From Candidatus Woesebacteria bacterium GW2011_GWB1_33_22 (GTDB lineage Bacteria; Patescibacteriota; Microgenomatia; UBA8517): 64,000 bases of DNA. Shown here one piece after another: positions 19,472 through 29,374 of this stretch. The stretch lies in assembly GCA_000989765.1 (NCBI GenBank), contig LBOW01000005.1, positions 661 through 64,660 of the forward strand, given 5' to 3'. The notes beneath the pieces are model-generated. The model worked only from the letters and a program-made list of their open reading frames with translations, did no database searches and was not told the DNA's origin. The position numbers and the translations under genes are program-made. Position 1 is the first letter of the stretch. Each line of letters begins with the position of its first letter.

Positions 19472-20026
19472 TCACCTCCTTAAAACACGAAAATGGATTG
19501 TACCATTATCGTGAGTAAAACTTTCTAACCAGGAAGGTGCCTCATACTCATTGTCACTTACTAGTTTTTTAACAACGGGCATCTCAATTATTTTAGTAGA
19601 CAGTGAAACAACATCACCTGTTTTAACTTGGTATGACGGAATATTTACTTTTTTACCATTAACTAAAACATGTCTATGGGAAACAAGCTGTCTAGCCATT
19701 GGACGAGTTGTAGAAAATCCTAATTTATAAATTACGTTATCAAGTCTTTTCTCAAGCAAAACTAGAAGGGCTTCTCCAGTATTTCCTTTTGATTTGAGAG
19801 CTTTTTCTATATAAATTTTAAATTGCTTTTCCAAAATCCCATATATCCTTTTGACTTTTTGTTTTTCTCTTAATTGTCTTCCATATTGTGATGGAGCCTT
19901 TGTCTGGCCTTTTGGTCCATGAACACCGGGTAAAACATTAAGACGAGTTAGTTTTGCTCCTTTGTTAAAAAGGTCAACTCCTTCTCTTCTACTTAATCTA
20001 TCTTTAGGTCCATTATATTTAGCCAT
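19472..20026 (-). CDS. rpsD: 30S ribosomal protein S4
   Basis: S4 N-terminal and S4 RNA-binding domain signature. Confidence 0.93.
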   Translation of the reverse strand: MAKYNGPKDRLSRREGVDLFNKGAKLTRLNVLPGVHGPKGQTKAPSQYGRQLREKQKVKRIYGILEKQFKIYIEKALKSKGNTGEALLVLLEKRLDNVIYKLGFSTTRPMARQLVSHRHVLVNGKKVNIPSYQVKTGDVVSLSTKIIEMPVVKKLVSDNEYEAPSWLESFTHDNGTIHFRVLRR

Positions 20027-20038
20027 GTTTTTAAAAAG

Positions 20039-20416
20039 TTATACGCGTCTTTTTTTCTTCGGTCTTGGTCCGTTATGTGGAATTGGCGTAACATCCGCGA
20101 TCAATGAAATTTTTATACCAGATGCTTTAACAGCGCGAAGAGCCGCATCTCTTCCTGGTCCTGGACCTTTGACATAAATTTCCACTTCATCAACCCCTTT
20201 ATCTTTTGCTTTTTTAAGAACAGTTTCAACAGCAGTAGTTGCTGCAAATGGGGTAGATTTTCTAGTACCTTTAAATCCTGATGCTCCAGAAGAACACCAA
20301 GCAAGTGTTGCTCCAGTCTCATCGCAAACAGAAACTAAAGTATTATTAAAAGATGCGGAGATATATATTTTTGCTGGTCCTTCTTTTTTAGTAGTTTTTG
20401 TCTTTTTGATTGCCAT
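20039..20416 (-). CDS. rpsK: 30S ribosomal protein S11
   Basis: GTRKSTPFAA and a C-terminal PHNGPRPKKKRR. Confidence 0.95.
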   Translation of the reverse strand: MAIKKTKTTKKEGPAKIYISASFNNTLVSVCDETGATLAWCSSGASGFKGTRKSTPFAATTAVETVLKKAKDKGVDEVEIYVKGPGPGRDAALRAVKASGIKISLIADVTPIPHNGPRPKKKRRV

Positions 20417-20422
20417 ATATTT

Positions 20423-20827
20423 TTATTTTGATGGTGCACTTGTTGTTTGCTTTGCTAAAATTTCTTTCTTAAAGGCTCCTACAGTCTTTCTTTTACCTCT
20501 TTTAGTCCTAGCGTTTGTTTTTGTTCTTTGACCCCTAACTGGTAAGCCTTTTGAGTGTCTTAAACCTCTGTATGAACCAATTGTTTGAAGCCTTGTGATG
20601 TTTCCCCTCACTCTTCTTATTAAATCCCCTTCAGTTGGCATTTCTTCAAGTTTAGTTGTGATCTTGTTTAATTCTTCACTTGTTAAGTCTTTAATTCTCT
20701 TTGTAAGATCAAATTTAAGAAGCGACAATATCCTTTTGGAGGTTGGCCAGCCAATACCTTTAATTCTAGTTAGTGCATAATCTATTTTCCAATTATCGTT
20801 TAGTTCTATTCCTGATATTCTTGCCAT
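20423..20827 (-). CDS. rpsM: 30S ribosomal protein S13
   Basis: MARISGIEL N-terminus and GLRH..GLPVRGQRTKTNART. Confidence 0.95.
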   Translation of the reverse strand: MARISGIELNDNWKIDYALTRIKGIGWPTSKRILSLLKFDLTKRIKDLTSEELNKITTKLEEMPTEGDLIRRVRGNITRLQTIGSYRGLRHSKGLPVRGQRTKTNARTKRGKRKTVGAFKKEILAKQTTSAPSK

Positions 20828-20836
20828 AATTTTAAA

Positions 20837-20950
20837 TTAACCTTGTCTAGCTTTGTGTCTTGGATTTTTACAAATAACACGTAAAACTCCAGCTCTTTTG
20901 ATAAGCTTGCAATCTTTACATCTTTTCTTAATTGACGCTAATACTTGCAT
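20837..20950 (-). CDS. rpmJ: 50S ribosomal protein L36
   Basis: ORF absent from the track: [37 protein letters not shown], a zinc-ribbon L36. Confidence 0.9.
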   Translation of the reverse strand: MQVLASIKKRCKDCKLIKRAGVLRVICKNPRHKARQG

Positions 20951-20953
20951 AAT

Positions 20954-21169
20954 TTAATATTTATATACTATTCTTCCTCTCTCCTCATCATACTTTGTCA
21001 TTTCTACCTTAACTCTATCTCCAGGAAAAACTCTGACATAAGCCTTACGCATCTTACCTTTAAGGGTCGTAAGTAAGCTTTTCCCATCTACTGTAACGAC
21101 TCTAAACATCGTATTTGGCAATAACTCTGTAACTGTGCCCTCAAGAATGTAAATCCCATCTGTTTTCAT
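20954..21169 (-). CDS. infA: Translation initiation factor IF-1
   Basis: MKTDGIYILEGTVTELLPNTMFRV... S1-like OB fold, 71 aa from the internal Met. Confidence 0.9.
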   Translation of the reverse strand: MKTDGIYILEGTVTELLPNTMFRVVTVDGKSLLTTLKGKMRKAYVRVFPGDRVKVEMTKYDEERGRIVYKY

Positions 21170-21184
21170 GGCAAAAAAAATCAC

Positions 21185-21940
21185 TTAAGTGATTTTTTCA
21201 TATCCTTTCTCAGTAACAATAATTGTATCTTCGAAAAGTCCTGCTATTTTACCATCCTGAGTTGTGATTGTCCACCCATCATTTTCTTTAACCAGATTAG
21301 AACTACCTGCAACATACATAACTTCAACAGCAATTGCCATTCCAGGAACAATTTTAATAGATTCAATTCTTAATCCTTCAGTAAAACAGGGAATATATGG
21401 ATTTTCATGAAGGTTTTTACCAATTCCGTGTCCAGTTAAATCCAAAATTGGTCGAAATCCATACTTTTTAACAGTATCTTCTATGGCTTTTGAAATATCA
21501 TAAACATATGAATTATTAGGATCAATTGAAGAAATTGCGTTGTCAAATGCAAGTTTTCCTGCATTTAAAAAAATCTTAACTTCTTTTGAACCATTTAGAT
21601 CAAAACTAATTGATGTATCTGTATGAAAGCCTTTGTAGTACAACCCCAAATCAATACTGACCAGATCACCTTCTTTGAAAACCAAACTCTTGTGAGGTAT
21701 TCCATGAACTACACCATTATTGACATTAATACATGTACTCCAAGAATATCCCTTAACCATCTTAAAAGAGGGTTTTCCACCTGATTCTAATATTAACATT
21801 TCTGCCAAATCATCAATTACAGAAGCAGAAACACCAACTTTTACGGCTTTAAATAATTCATTCTTAATAAAAGAAAGTTTTTTTCCCCCCTCTCTCATTA
21901 TTTCCAATTCTTCTGGAGTTTTTAAACTAAATTTGTCCAT
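21185..21940 (-). CDS. map: Methionine aminopeptidase type I
   Basis: 251 aa with the pita-bread fold metal ligand pattern (D..D..H..E..E). Confidence 0.9.
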   Translation of the reverse strand: MDKFSLKTPEELEIMREGGKKLSFIKNELFKAVKVGVSASVIDDLAEMLILESGGKPSFKMVKGYSWSTCINVNNGVVHGIPHKSLVFKEGDLVSIDLGLYYKGFHTDTSISFDLNGSKEVKIFLNAGKLAFDNAISSIDPNNSYVYDISKAIEDTVKKYGFRPILDLTGHGIGKNLHENPYIPCFTEGLRIESIKIVPGMAIAVEVMYVAGSSNLVKENDGWTITTQDGKIAGLFEDTIIVTEKGYEKIT

Positions 21941-22489
21941 TTATTTCTTGAAGCTTTCTATGATTTGTACTAATTCTTTTTGTATTTCTTCGATCGATCT
22001 CTCTCCATTAACTTCTACTATTTTAGTATCTTTTCTTATTTCATTAATTAAAATTTCTGTTCGACTTCTATAAAGTGAGAGCCTTTTAATAATTGCACTA
22101 GGTGTATCGTCTTCTCTTTTTCTAAGCAGTAATCTCTTTAGTGTTTCTTTTTCGCTTATTTCCAAAACAATTCCTAAATCAATTTTAACTTGTTTTTGTA
22201 CTAACCAATTTTTCAAAAAAATATATTGGTCCAAAGTTCTTGGAAAACCATCAAATAATATATCATCATATAAATTCTCTTGATCTAAATATGCTGTTAG
22301 ATATGATGTAAATTCTTCATCAGAAACAAGTTTGCCAGCATTCATGATAGCTTTAATTTTTGGATGATTTTTAGCTAATTTTCTAAGATAAGCCCCAGAT
22401 TCAAAATAGAAAAAACCAAATTTGTCGCGTAATAGTCTTGCTTGCGTTCCCTTCCCTGATCCTTGCGGTCCAAAAAGAATAATGTTCAT
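21941..22489 (-). CDS. adk: Adenylate kinase (short form)
   Basis: P-loop GPQGSGKGTQ at the N-terminus; its position between secY and map is canonical. Confidence 0.9.
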   Translation of the reverse strand: MNIILFGPQGSGKGTQARLLRDKFGFFYFESGAYLRKLAKNHPKIKAIMNAGKLVSDEEFTSYLTAYLDQENLYDDILFDGFPRTLDQYIFLKNWLVQKQVKIDLGIVLEISEKETLKRLLLRKREDDTPSAIIKRLSLYRSRTEILINEIRKDTKIVEVNGERSIEEIQKELVQIIESFKK

Positions 22490-23766
22490 CTTGAGTAATC
22501 TCCGTACTTACTCATCAAAAGATCGCCTTCAATTTCTCTGATAATTTCTAATACTACTGAAATTGCAATTAATACACCAGTTCCTCCTATTGCTAGGTTA
22601 GATACTCCAATTGAATTTTGAAAAAGTGAAGGAAGTACTGCGACGAGGCCTAAAAATGATGCTCCAACCAAAGTAATTCTATTTAGGACGTATGATAAAT
22701 ATGTAATAGTTGCAGATCCAGGCCTTATGCCTGGAATAAATCCACCAGATTTTTGTAAATTCTCAGAAATTTTTTGAGGATTAAAGACAACAGATGTATA
22801 AAAATAAGTAAATCCAACAACTAATAAAAAGTAAATTACGTTGTAAACTAAAGATTGTGGATTGAAATATCTTTGAATGTTACTAGCAATATTAACAATT
22901 ACAGTATTTCCTGAAGCCCCTAAAAACTGAGTAATCATTGACGGCATCAAGACAAGAGAAACAGCAAAGATAATTGGTATAACGCCCGCTTGATTTAATC
23001 TTAATGGTAAATATGATTTTTGTTGCTGAAAACCCCTTGATGCTTTGGCATAACTTATTGGAATTTGACGAATGGCTTCATTTACAAAAATAATAAGTCC
23101 CATAACCAATAAGGCAACGCTTGCAAAAATTACAAGTTTCAAAGTATCTTCTGCTTTAAACGTTGATATCGTTTGTCCCAAGGTTATAGGAAGTCTTGAA
23201 ATAATACCAACAAAAATAAGAAATGATACTCCACTTTTGAATGCATATTCTGTAATTAAATCTCCAAGCCAAACAGCAAGCATGGTTCCAGCTGTCATTG
23301 TTAAACAAAGAAAAACAAGTTGCATTAGGCTTAAATTACCAATGATGTTCTGAGATTTCAATAGTGCATACATACCAAACGACTGTAAAATTGCCAAGGG
23401 GACAGTCAAAAATCTTGTGTATTGATTAATTTTTTCCTGACCATACTCACCCTCTTTTTGTAATTCTTCAAGTGCAGGTACAACATAACCTAAAAGTTGT
23501 AAAATAATCGAGGCATTAATGTAAGGGTTAAGTCCCAAGGCCATTATTGAAAAATTAGCTAAAGTTCCACCGGAAAAAACATCTAATAGTGATAGAAGGG
23601 GACTACCTAAAAATAATGCTGATAAGCTTTCCTTATCAATACCGGCCGCTGGAATATGAGCCGCTATTCTAAATACCAAGAGGGCTAGAGCTACTACAAA
23701 AATTTTTTTTCTAAGCCTTTTATCCCTACTTATTTTGTTAAAAAATTGGGCAATATATGGAAACAT
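22486..23766 (-). CDS. secY: Protein translocase subunit SecY
   Basis: 426 aa, 10-TM SecY pattern, positioned after rplO. Confidence 0.95.
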   Translation of the reverse strand: MFPYIAQFFNKISRDKRLRKKIFVVALALLVFRIAAHIPAAGIDKESLSALFLGSPLLSLLDVFSGGTLANFSIMALGLNPYINASIILQLLGYVVPALEELQKEGEYGQEKINQYTRFLTVPLAILQSFGMYALLKSQNIIGNLSLMQLVFLCLTMTAGTMLAVWLGDLITEYAFKSGVSFLIFVGIISRLPITLGQTISTFKAEDTLKLVIFASVALLVMGLIIFVNEAIRQIPISYAKASRGFQQQKSYLPLRLNQAGVIPIIFAVSLVLMPSMITQFLGASGNTVIVNIASNIQRYFNPQSLVYNVIYFLLVVGFTYFYTSVVFNPQKISENLQKSGGFIPGIRPGSATITYLSYVLNRITLVGASFLGLVAVLPSLFQNSIGVSNLAIGGTGVLIAISVVLEIIREIEGDLLMSKYGDYSR

Positions 23767-23776
23767 TAAATGTTAT

Positions 23777-24142
23777 TTACTTTGATACGGACACCTCGAA
23801 AACAAGATCTTTTTTAAAATCACTTTTACCTAAAATTTTAACTCCATAACTATTAGCGTCTTCTTTGGTCACAAGACCTTTTTTGATTAAGAGTTCGATA
23901 TTAACTTTTTCTCCTTTTTTCAAATCCTTTAGTTTGTCTATATTAATTTCAACAGGTTTATGTTTTGCTGCAAATTTACCTCTACCGCGAAGAAGTGGTA
24001 ACCTTTTTAATGTTGATTTTTTAACTTTGAGGCCCTGAAAAAGTATATGAATATCTGTTCTTGATTTTTGACCTTTTTGTCCACGGCCACTTGTGTGTCC
24101 ACCTTTTCCACTACCATATCCTCTTCCTAGTCTTTTAGCCAT
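23777..24142 (-). CDS. rplO: 50S ribosomal protein L15
   Basis: Gly/Arg-rich N-terminus GRGYGSGKGGHTSGRG. Confidence 0.93.
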   Translation of the reverse strand: MAKRLGRGYGSGKGGHTSGRGQKGQKSRTDIHILFQGLKVKKSTLKRLPLLRGRGKFAAKHKPVEINIDKLKDLKKGEKVNIELLIKKGLVTKEDANSYGVKILGKSDFKKDLVFEVSVSK

Positions 24143-24617
24143 TTTTTTTCATTGCCTCCTTTTTTTCTTTCAATTCAGATGTCATTTGTAGAGCTTGAAT
24201 TGTTGCTCTTACACTTCCAATTTTACTGCTTCCACCCAAAGTCTTACCAACTACATCACGAAGACCAGAAGACTCTAATACAACTCTCATTGGCCCACCA
24301 GCAATAATACCAGAACCTGGAGGAGCTGGTTTAAGTAATACTTTAGATGCACCAATTTTTGATATAACTGAATAGGGAATAGTCGTCCCCCTCATTGTTA
24401 TAACAATCATGTTTTTCTTAGCATCTTCAATTGCCTTTCTAATAGCATTTCTAACATCGTGTGCTTTAGAAATTCCCATACCAACCTTTCCTTTTTTATC
24501 ACCTAAAACAATTACAGCTCCAAATCTAATTTGATTTCCACCTTTAGTTTTTTTAGAAATCCGATTGATTTGGACTACTGTCTCATTAAATTCTCTTATC
24601 TCTTGTTGATACATCAA
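24135..24617 (-). CDS. rpsE: 30S ribosomal protein S5
   Basis: dsRBD and S5 C-terminal domain. Directly abuts rplO with no L30 gene between. Confidence 0.95.
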   Translation of the reverse strand: MMYQQEIREFNETVVQINRISKKTKGGNQIRFGAVIVLGDKKGKVGMGISKAHDVRNAIRKAIEDAKKNMIVITMRGTTIPYSVISKIGASKVLLKPAPPGSGIIAGGPMRVVLESSGLRDVVGKTLGGSSKIGSVRATIQALQMTSELKEKKEAMKKNG

Positions 24618-24931
24618 AATTCTAACCCTCCTTCTCTGGCACCTTCAGCAACAGCTTTAACTTTTCCATGATATCTATAACCACCCTTATCAAAAATAAT
24701 TAATTTTACTTTTTTTAATTTTGCTTTCTCAGCCAAATTTAATCCAACTTCTTTGCCAGTTTTTCCTTTTGCTGAAACTAATGTATGACCTTTTAGATCA
24801 TCAATAATTTGCGCATAAACAGCCTTGTTTGACCTAAAAACTGAAAGTCTAGGCCTTAATTTTAAAAGCTTTGATCTCGTTCTTAATTGCCTTTTTATAA
24901 CCAAAGATGACTTTGTAAATTTAGTTTTCAT
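24614..24931 (-). CDS. rplR: 50S ribosomal protein L18
   Basis: Canonical position; L18 sequence. Confidence 0.9.
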   Translation of the reverse strand: MKTKFTKSSLVIKRQLRTRSKLLKLRPRLSVFRSNKAVYAQIIDDLKGHTLVSAKGKTGKEVGLNLAEKAKLKKVKLIIFDKGGYRYHGKVKAVAEGAREGGLEF

Positions 24932-24933
24932 AA

Positions 24934-25476
24934 TTACGCTGCAGTTTTAGCTGCTTTACCTGCTTTTCTTCTAATTACTTCATCTGTATACTTCACACCC
25001 TTACCTTTATACGGTTCAGGTGGTCTCGATCCTCTAACATTGGCTGATATTTGACCAACCACTGCTCTATCTATTCCATCAACTGTTATTATTCCTTTTT
25101 CAACTTTAAAAGTAATTCCCTCTGGTGCTTCAATTTTAATTGGATGAGAATATCCAACAGTTAGAACTAAAATATTACCCTGAACTTCGGCGCGATAGCC
25201 AGTACCAATTAGTTCTAGCTGTTTTGACCAACCAGAACTCACACCTATAACCATATTGTATATAAGTTTTCTAGTTGTTCCCCAGATTGATTTTGCAAAT
25301 TTAGTATTTTTAGCAACAGATACAATTAAATTATTATCTTCCTGTTTCACCGTTACCAACTCATCAATAGTAATTGTTAATTTACCTTTGGGACCGTTGA
25401 TAGATATCAATTTATTATTAATCTCTATTGTTACTCCGTCTAATATTTGTATTGGTAATTGTCCGATTTTACTCAT
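24934..25476 (-). CDS. rplF: 50S ribosomal protein L6
   Basis: Duplicated L6 domain, 180 aa. Confidence 0.93.
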   Translation of the reverse strand: MSKIGQLPIQILDGVTIEINNKLISINGPKGKLTITIDELVTVKQEDNNLIVSVAKNTKFAKSIWGTTRKLIYNMVIGVSSGWSKQLELIGTGYRAEVQGNILVLTVGYSHPIKIEAPEGITFKVEKGIITVDGIDRAVVGQISANVRGSRPPEPYKGKGVKYTDEVIRRKAGKAAKTAA

Positions 25477-25486
25477 ATTTTTTAGA

Positions 25487-25864
25487 TTAAATTACTTTGG
25501 CAATCAACTCACCACCAACTCTTTCTTTTTTGGCTCTTTTTCCTGACATTATTCCCTTAGGTGTAGTTAAAATTAAAATATCAGGCTTATGATAACTTTC
25601 TATTTTCTCAACATTCATATAAATTCTTAGCCCAGGCTTTGAAACTATTTTTATATTAGAAAGTACTGGCTTTTTATTAAAAATAGAAAGTTTTATTGTA
25701 ATATTTTTTTTGTTTACTTCAATTGAATCTATAAAACCTTCAGATTTTAAAGCTTTTGCAACCTCTAAAACCATCCCAGAATTAAAGAAGGTTACCTCTT
25801 TAATTCCTGCCATACTGGCATTTTTAATTCTAATTAAAAAGTCTCCAATTTGATAGTTTGTCAT
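25487..25864 (-). CDS. rpsH: 30S ribosomal protein S8
   Basis: S8 sequence in canonical spc position. Confidence 0.93.
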   Translation of the reverse strand: MTNYQIGDFLIRIKNASMAGIKEVTFFNSGMVLEVAKALKSEGFIDSIEVNKKNITIKLSIFNKKPVLSNIKIVSKPGLRIYMNVEKIESYHKPDILILTTPKGIMSGKRAKKERVGGELIAKVI

Positions 25865-26049
25865 TACCAGCTAGCCTTTCTTACACCTGGAAGTTCACCC
25901 ATTAGAGCGTGTTCTCTAAAACAAAGTCTACAGATTCCGTATTTTCTCATATATCCTCTCGGTCGTCCACAAAGCTTACACCTGTTTCGGTATCTATTCT
26001 TGTATTTCAGTTTTTTTGTTTCTCTAACTTCTTTTGATGTTTTTGCCAT
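25864..26049 (-). CDS. rpsN: 30S ribosomal protein S14, type Z (zinc-binding)
   Basis: 61 aa with CKLCGRP...CRLCFRE. Confidence 0.95.
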   Translation of the reverse strand: MAKTSKEVRETKKLKYKNRYRNRCKLCGRPRGYMRKYGICRLCFREHALMGELPGVRKASW

Positions 26050-26052
26050 ATA

Positions 26053-26604
26053 TTAATTTTTAACTTCTTTTACAAAAGGCATTCCCAATAATTCAAGTAG
26101 TTTTTCACCTTTTTCCTTTGACTTTGCATTAGTTGTAAATGTTATCTCCATTCCATGACCGGGAGCTGCTTTTGTGATATCAATCTCTGGAAAAACTGTA
26201 TGATCAGTTAATCCAATTGTATAATTTCCACGCTTATCAAAACTTGTTCTCTTAACTCCTCTAAAATCACGGAGTCGAGGAAGAACAATGTTAACAAATT
26301 TATCAAAAAAATCATACATTCTGATTCCTCTTAAGGTTAGGCCAAGGCCAACAACCATTCCTTTCCTAATTGCAAAGGTAGCAACTGAGATTTTAGCTTT
26401 TCTTTCTGATGGCTTTTGTCCAGCAATTAGGGAGATATCTTTAATCAACTGTTCTTTAGCTTCTTTATTTTTAATTAAATCTCCAATACCAACATTCATA
26501 CTAATTTTAGTCAATCTAGGAATTGCCATGGAATTTTTAATTCCAAATTCCTTAGCTAATTCTTTCGATATTTCTTTTTGATATTTGTCGATTAATCTGG
26601 TCAT
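26053..26604 (-). CDS. rplE: 50S ribosomal protein L5
   Basis: L5 sequence, 183 aa. Confidence 0.93.
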   Translation of the reverse strand: MTRLIDKYQKEISKELAKEFGIKNSMAIPRLTKISMNVGIGDLIKNKEAKEQLIKDISLIAGQKPSERKAKISVATFAIRKGMVVGLGLTLRGIRMYDFFDKFVNIVLPRLRDFRGVKRTSFDKRGNYTIGLTDHTVFPEIDITKAAPGHGMEITFTTNAKSKEKGEKLLELLGMPFVKEVKN

Positions 26605-26906
26605 ATTTTTTTCTCACACTTTTTACAAAATCTGTTTATCTCATTTTTTTCCCTAACTATTTTTACCCTTGTAATCTTTTTGCAACTTGGACAAATTAAG
26701 GCTACTTTGGCAATATTTAAAGCCCTTGGTATGTCATATATTCCCGACTTTACTCCCCCTTGATTTCCTTTGACATGTTTCTTGTAAAGATTAACTCCTG
26801 TAACAAGAACAGAATTTTCTTTAGGGTAAAGTTTTTCAACTTTACCTTCTCTACCTTTGTCTTTACCTAAAACTACTTTTACATTATCTCCAGTTCGTAA
26901 TTTCAT
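26601..26906 (-). CDS. rplX: 50S ribosomal protein L24 with C-terminal C4 zinc-ribbon
   Basis: KOW motif (GDNVKVVLGKDKGREGKV) and a C-terminus CPSCKK...CKKCEK. Confidence 0.9.
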   Translation of the reverse strand: MKLRTGDNVKVVLGKDKGREGKVEKLYPKENSVLVTGVNLYKKHVKGNQGGVKSGIYDIPRALNIAKVALICPSCKKITRVKIVREKNEINRFCKKCEKKI

Positions 26907-27268
26907 ACAACCTCCCTTGCTAAAGATGCTATTTTATTAAATCCCACTTCTTTAACTTCTCTTGCAATCGGACCTAATACTCTAGTACCCAACGGCATCC
27001 CTTGTTTGTCAATTACAACTCCTGCGTTGTCATCAAATCTAATATAAGTTCCATCAAATCTACTTACCTCTTTTTTAGTTCTAACTATTAAAACCCTTAC
27101 CTTCTCATGGTCTTTAACTACTCCGTTTGGATCAGATCCTTTGACAACACACAAGACAACATCTCCCAAAGTCGCAATTTTCCCGATTCTACCGGGAACA
27201 CCAATAATCATTAGGTGTTTTGCGCCTGAATTATCAGCCGGATTTAGAAATGATCTTAGTTGTACCAT
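26903..27268 (-). CDS. rplN: 50S ribosomal protein L14
   Basis: MVQLRS..L..ADNSGAK canonical L14. Confidence 0.95.
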   Translation of the reverse strand: MVQLRSFLNPADNSGAKHLMIIGVPGRIGKIATLGDVVLCVVKGSDPNGVVKDHEKVRVLIVRTKKEVSRFDGTYIRFDDNAGVVIDKQGMPLGTRVLGPIAREVKEVGFNKIASLAREVV

Positions 27269-27270
27269 AG

Positions 27271-27495
27271 TTATTTATTTTCTAATACTTTCCATCTTTT
27301 CATTTTACTTATTGGCCTTGTCTCAACAAACTTAACAATCTCACCAACTTTATGTTCACTTTCAGAATGTACTTGATACTTTTTACTTCTTGTAAACCTC
27401 TTTTTATAAAGAGGGTGAGCAAGAAGTCTTTCAACTTCTATAACTAAAGTCTTTTTGTTTTTGTTAGATATTATCTTTCCTTGGAATATTTTCAT
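27271..27495 (-). CDS. rpsQ: 30S ribosomal protein S17
   Basis: OB-fold S17 sequence. Confidence 0.9.
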   Translation of the reverse strand: MKIFQGKIISNKNKKTLVIEVERLLAHPLYKKRFTRSKKYQVHSESEHKVGEIVKFVETRPISKMKRWKVLENK

Positions 27496-27689
27496 TTTTT
27501 AATCTCCTTAACTATTGTTAAAATCTGTGCGATCTCCTTTTTTAAAGTTTTTTGTACTTTAATGTTTTTTTCTTTGGCTCCAGATATTTTAACTGCATTT
27601 TTAATAACTTCAAGCTTCTTTTGGGCCGTTAGAGATAAAAGATTTTTTATATCTTTGTTTCTTAACTCTTTTAGATCTTTTATTTTCAT
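27492..27689 (-). CDS. rpmC: 50S ribosomal protein L29
   Basis: 65 aa helical protein in canonical position. Confidence 0.85.
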   Translation of the reverse strand: MKIKDLKELRNKDIKNLLSLTAQKKLEVIKNAVKISGAKEKNIKVQKTLKKEIAQILTIVKEIKK

Positions 27690-28090
27690 TTTTCCACCAT
27701 TCTAGTCGCTATAGGTAATTTAGCAGATGCTCTAATAAAAGCCTCCCTAACAGTTTCCTTGGGTGCACCAGCAACTTCAAATAATATTCTACCAGGCTTA
27801 ACTACAGCAACATGTTTAACTACCTCCCCTTTTCCTCCACCCATTCTTTTACCAGCTGCACGCCCACTAATTGGTTTATCAGGAAAAACCCTTATCCACA
27901 TTTTTCCACCCCTTTTAAGGTGATGTGTAATTGCTTTCCTACAAGCTTCGATTTGTTGCGCACTTATCCAAGCAACTTCCATTGCTTTTAATCCAAAGTC
28001 TCCAAATGAGATATCACTTCCTCGAAGAGCTGTCCCCCTTCTTCTGCCTCTAAAATTTTTAATAAATTTTTCTCTTTTTGGTTGCAACAT
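27686..28090 (-). CDS. rplP: 50S ribosomal protein L16
   Basis: MLQPKR...RRGTALRG L16 pattern. Confidence 0.95.
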   Translation of the reverse strand: MLQPKREKFIKNFRGRRRGTALRGSDISFGDFGLKAMEVAWISAQQIEACRKAITHHLKRGGKMWIRVFPDKPISGRAAGKRMGGGKGEVVKHVAVVKPGRILFEVAGAPKETVREAFIRASAKLPIATRMVEK

Positions 28091-28092
28091 CT

Positions 28093-28743
28093 TTAGCTTT
28101 CCTTTCTATGTATCCAAACTTTCACTCCGACATATCCTCTTCTAGTTAAGGCCGGTATTTCCGCATAATCAATATCTTCCCTTAAGGTCTGTGTCGGCAC
28201 TGAACCTTGATGAAATTTCTCTACCCTTGAAATCTCAGCTCCATTGATACGTCCACCTAAAACAACTTTAATTCCTCCTGCACCCGCCATCATCACTCGA
28301 TCCATTGCTTTAGTTATTGAACGTCGATGTGGAATTCTTCTTTCCAAATCAGATACAATTCTACCCGCAATTAAGTAAGCTGAAAGTTCAGGGCTTTTAA
28401 TTTCATTAACTTTTAAATCAATCTTTAAACTGGCAACGGATGAATTTTTGTTAAGTTTAATAATTTTAACGATCTCTTTTTTCAAATCCTCAATTCCTGA
28501 ACCACCTCTACCTATAACAACACCAGGACGGGACACTGAAACTATTATAACGATTGATTTAGGTAGTCTTTCAATCTCAATATTATTGATACCGGCAAGA
28601 GCTAATTTCTTTAGTAAAGTCTCTCTAATTTTTATATCTTCAATCAAGAAGTCTTTGTAATTTGCCGAATCAGAAAACCATCTAGATTTCCAGCCTATCG
28701 TTCTTCCTGTTCTAAAACCAATTGGATTAACTTTTTGTCCCAT
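28093..28743 (-). CDS. rpsC: 30S ribosomal protein S3
   Basis: MGQKVNPIGFR and a KH domain. Confidence 0.95.
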   Translation of the reverse strand: MGQKVNPIGFRTGRTIGWKSRWFSDSANYKDFLIEDIKIRETLLKKLALAGINNIEIERLPKSIVIIVSVSRPGVVIGRGGSGIEDLKKEIVKIIKLNKNSSVASLKIDLKVNEIKSPELSAYLIAGRIVSDLERRIPHRRSITKAMDRVMMAGAGGIKVVLGGRINGAEISRVEKFHQGSVPTQTLREDIDYAEIPALTRRGYVGVKVWIHRKES

Positions 28744-29083
28744 GTTTTGTTTCTAATTTGGTCATTAATATAATTTTTATATGACTCATTCTTTTTTTTA
28801 TTGGGTGCCATCTACCACGAGATACAGGCTGGCCTCTTTTGAGTCTTGGTCCTTCACCAATCTGAATCTCTTTAAATTTAAGTTCAGTTATAGTTACCCC
28901 TTTTTGTGTAGCATTAGCAACAGCTGATTTAATAACTTTTAAAATTAAGTTAGATCCTCTTTTCTTGATAAAGGGGAGTAAGTCGATTGCTTTTTGAACA
29001 CTTAATTTTCGAAGAACATCAGCAATAGGTCTTAGTTTCCTAGGACTAATTATTAAATGTTTTTGTTCTGATTTTATAATCAT
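28727..29083 (-). CDS. rplV: 50S ribosomal protein L22
   Basis: L22 sequence in canonical position. Confidence 0.9.
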   Translation of the reverse strand: MIIKSEQKHLIISPRKLRPIADVLRKLSVQKAIDLLPFIKKRGSNLILKVIKSAVANATQKGVTITELKFKEIQIGEGPRLKRGQPVSRGRWHPIKKRMSHIKIILMTKLETKHGTKS

Positions 29084-29088
29084 ATATA

Positions 29089-29370
29089 TTAAGTCTTGTC
29101 CATTGTTCTCTTGACTATTTCCCCATGTCCTTTAAATGTTCTGGTTGGTGAAAATTCACCCAAAGTGTGACCAACCATGTCTTCAGTCACAAAAACATCA
29201 ACAAATATTCTACCGTTATGAACTTGAAAATATTTATTTACAAATTCTGGTGAAATTTGACAAGCACGAGACCAGGTCTTAATTGGCTTCTCTTTTATAC
29301 CCATGCCAATAAGAAGCTTTTTAACAAGCCTTTCGTCTACAAAAGGTCCCTTTCTACTACTTCTGCTCAT
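29089..29370 (-). CDS. rpsS: 30S ribosomal protein S19
   Basis: [12 protein letters not shown]...; start taken at the internal Met. Confidence 0.93.
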   Translation of the reverse strand: MSRSSRKGPFVDERLVKKLLIGMGIKEKPIKTWSRACQISPEFVNKYFQVHNGRIFVDVFVTEDMVGHTLGEFSPTRTFKGHGEIVKRTMDKT

Positions 29371-29374
29371 TTTT

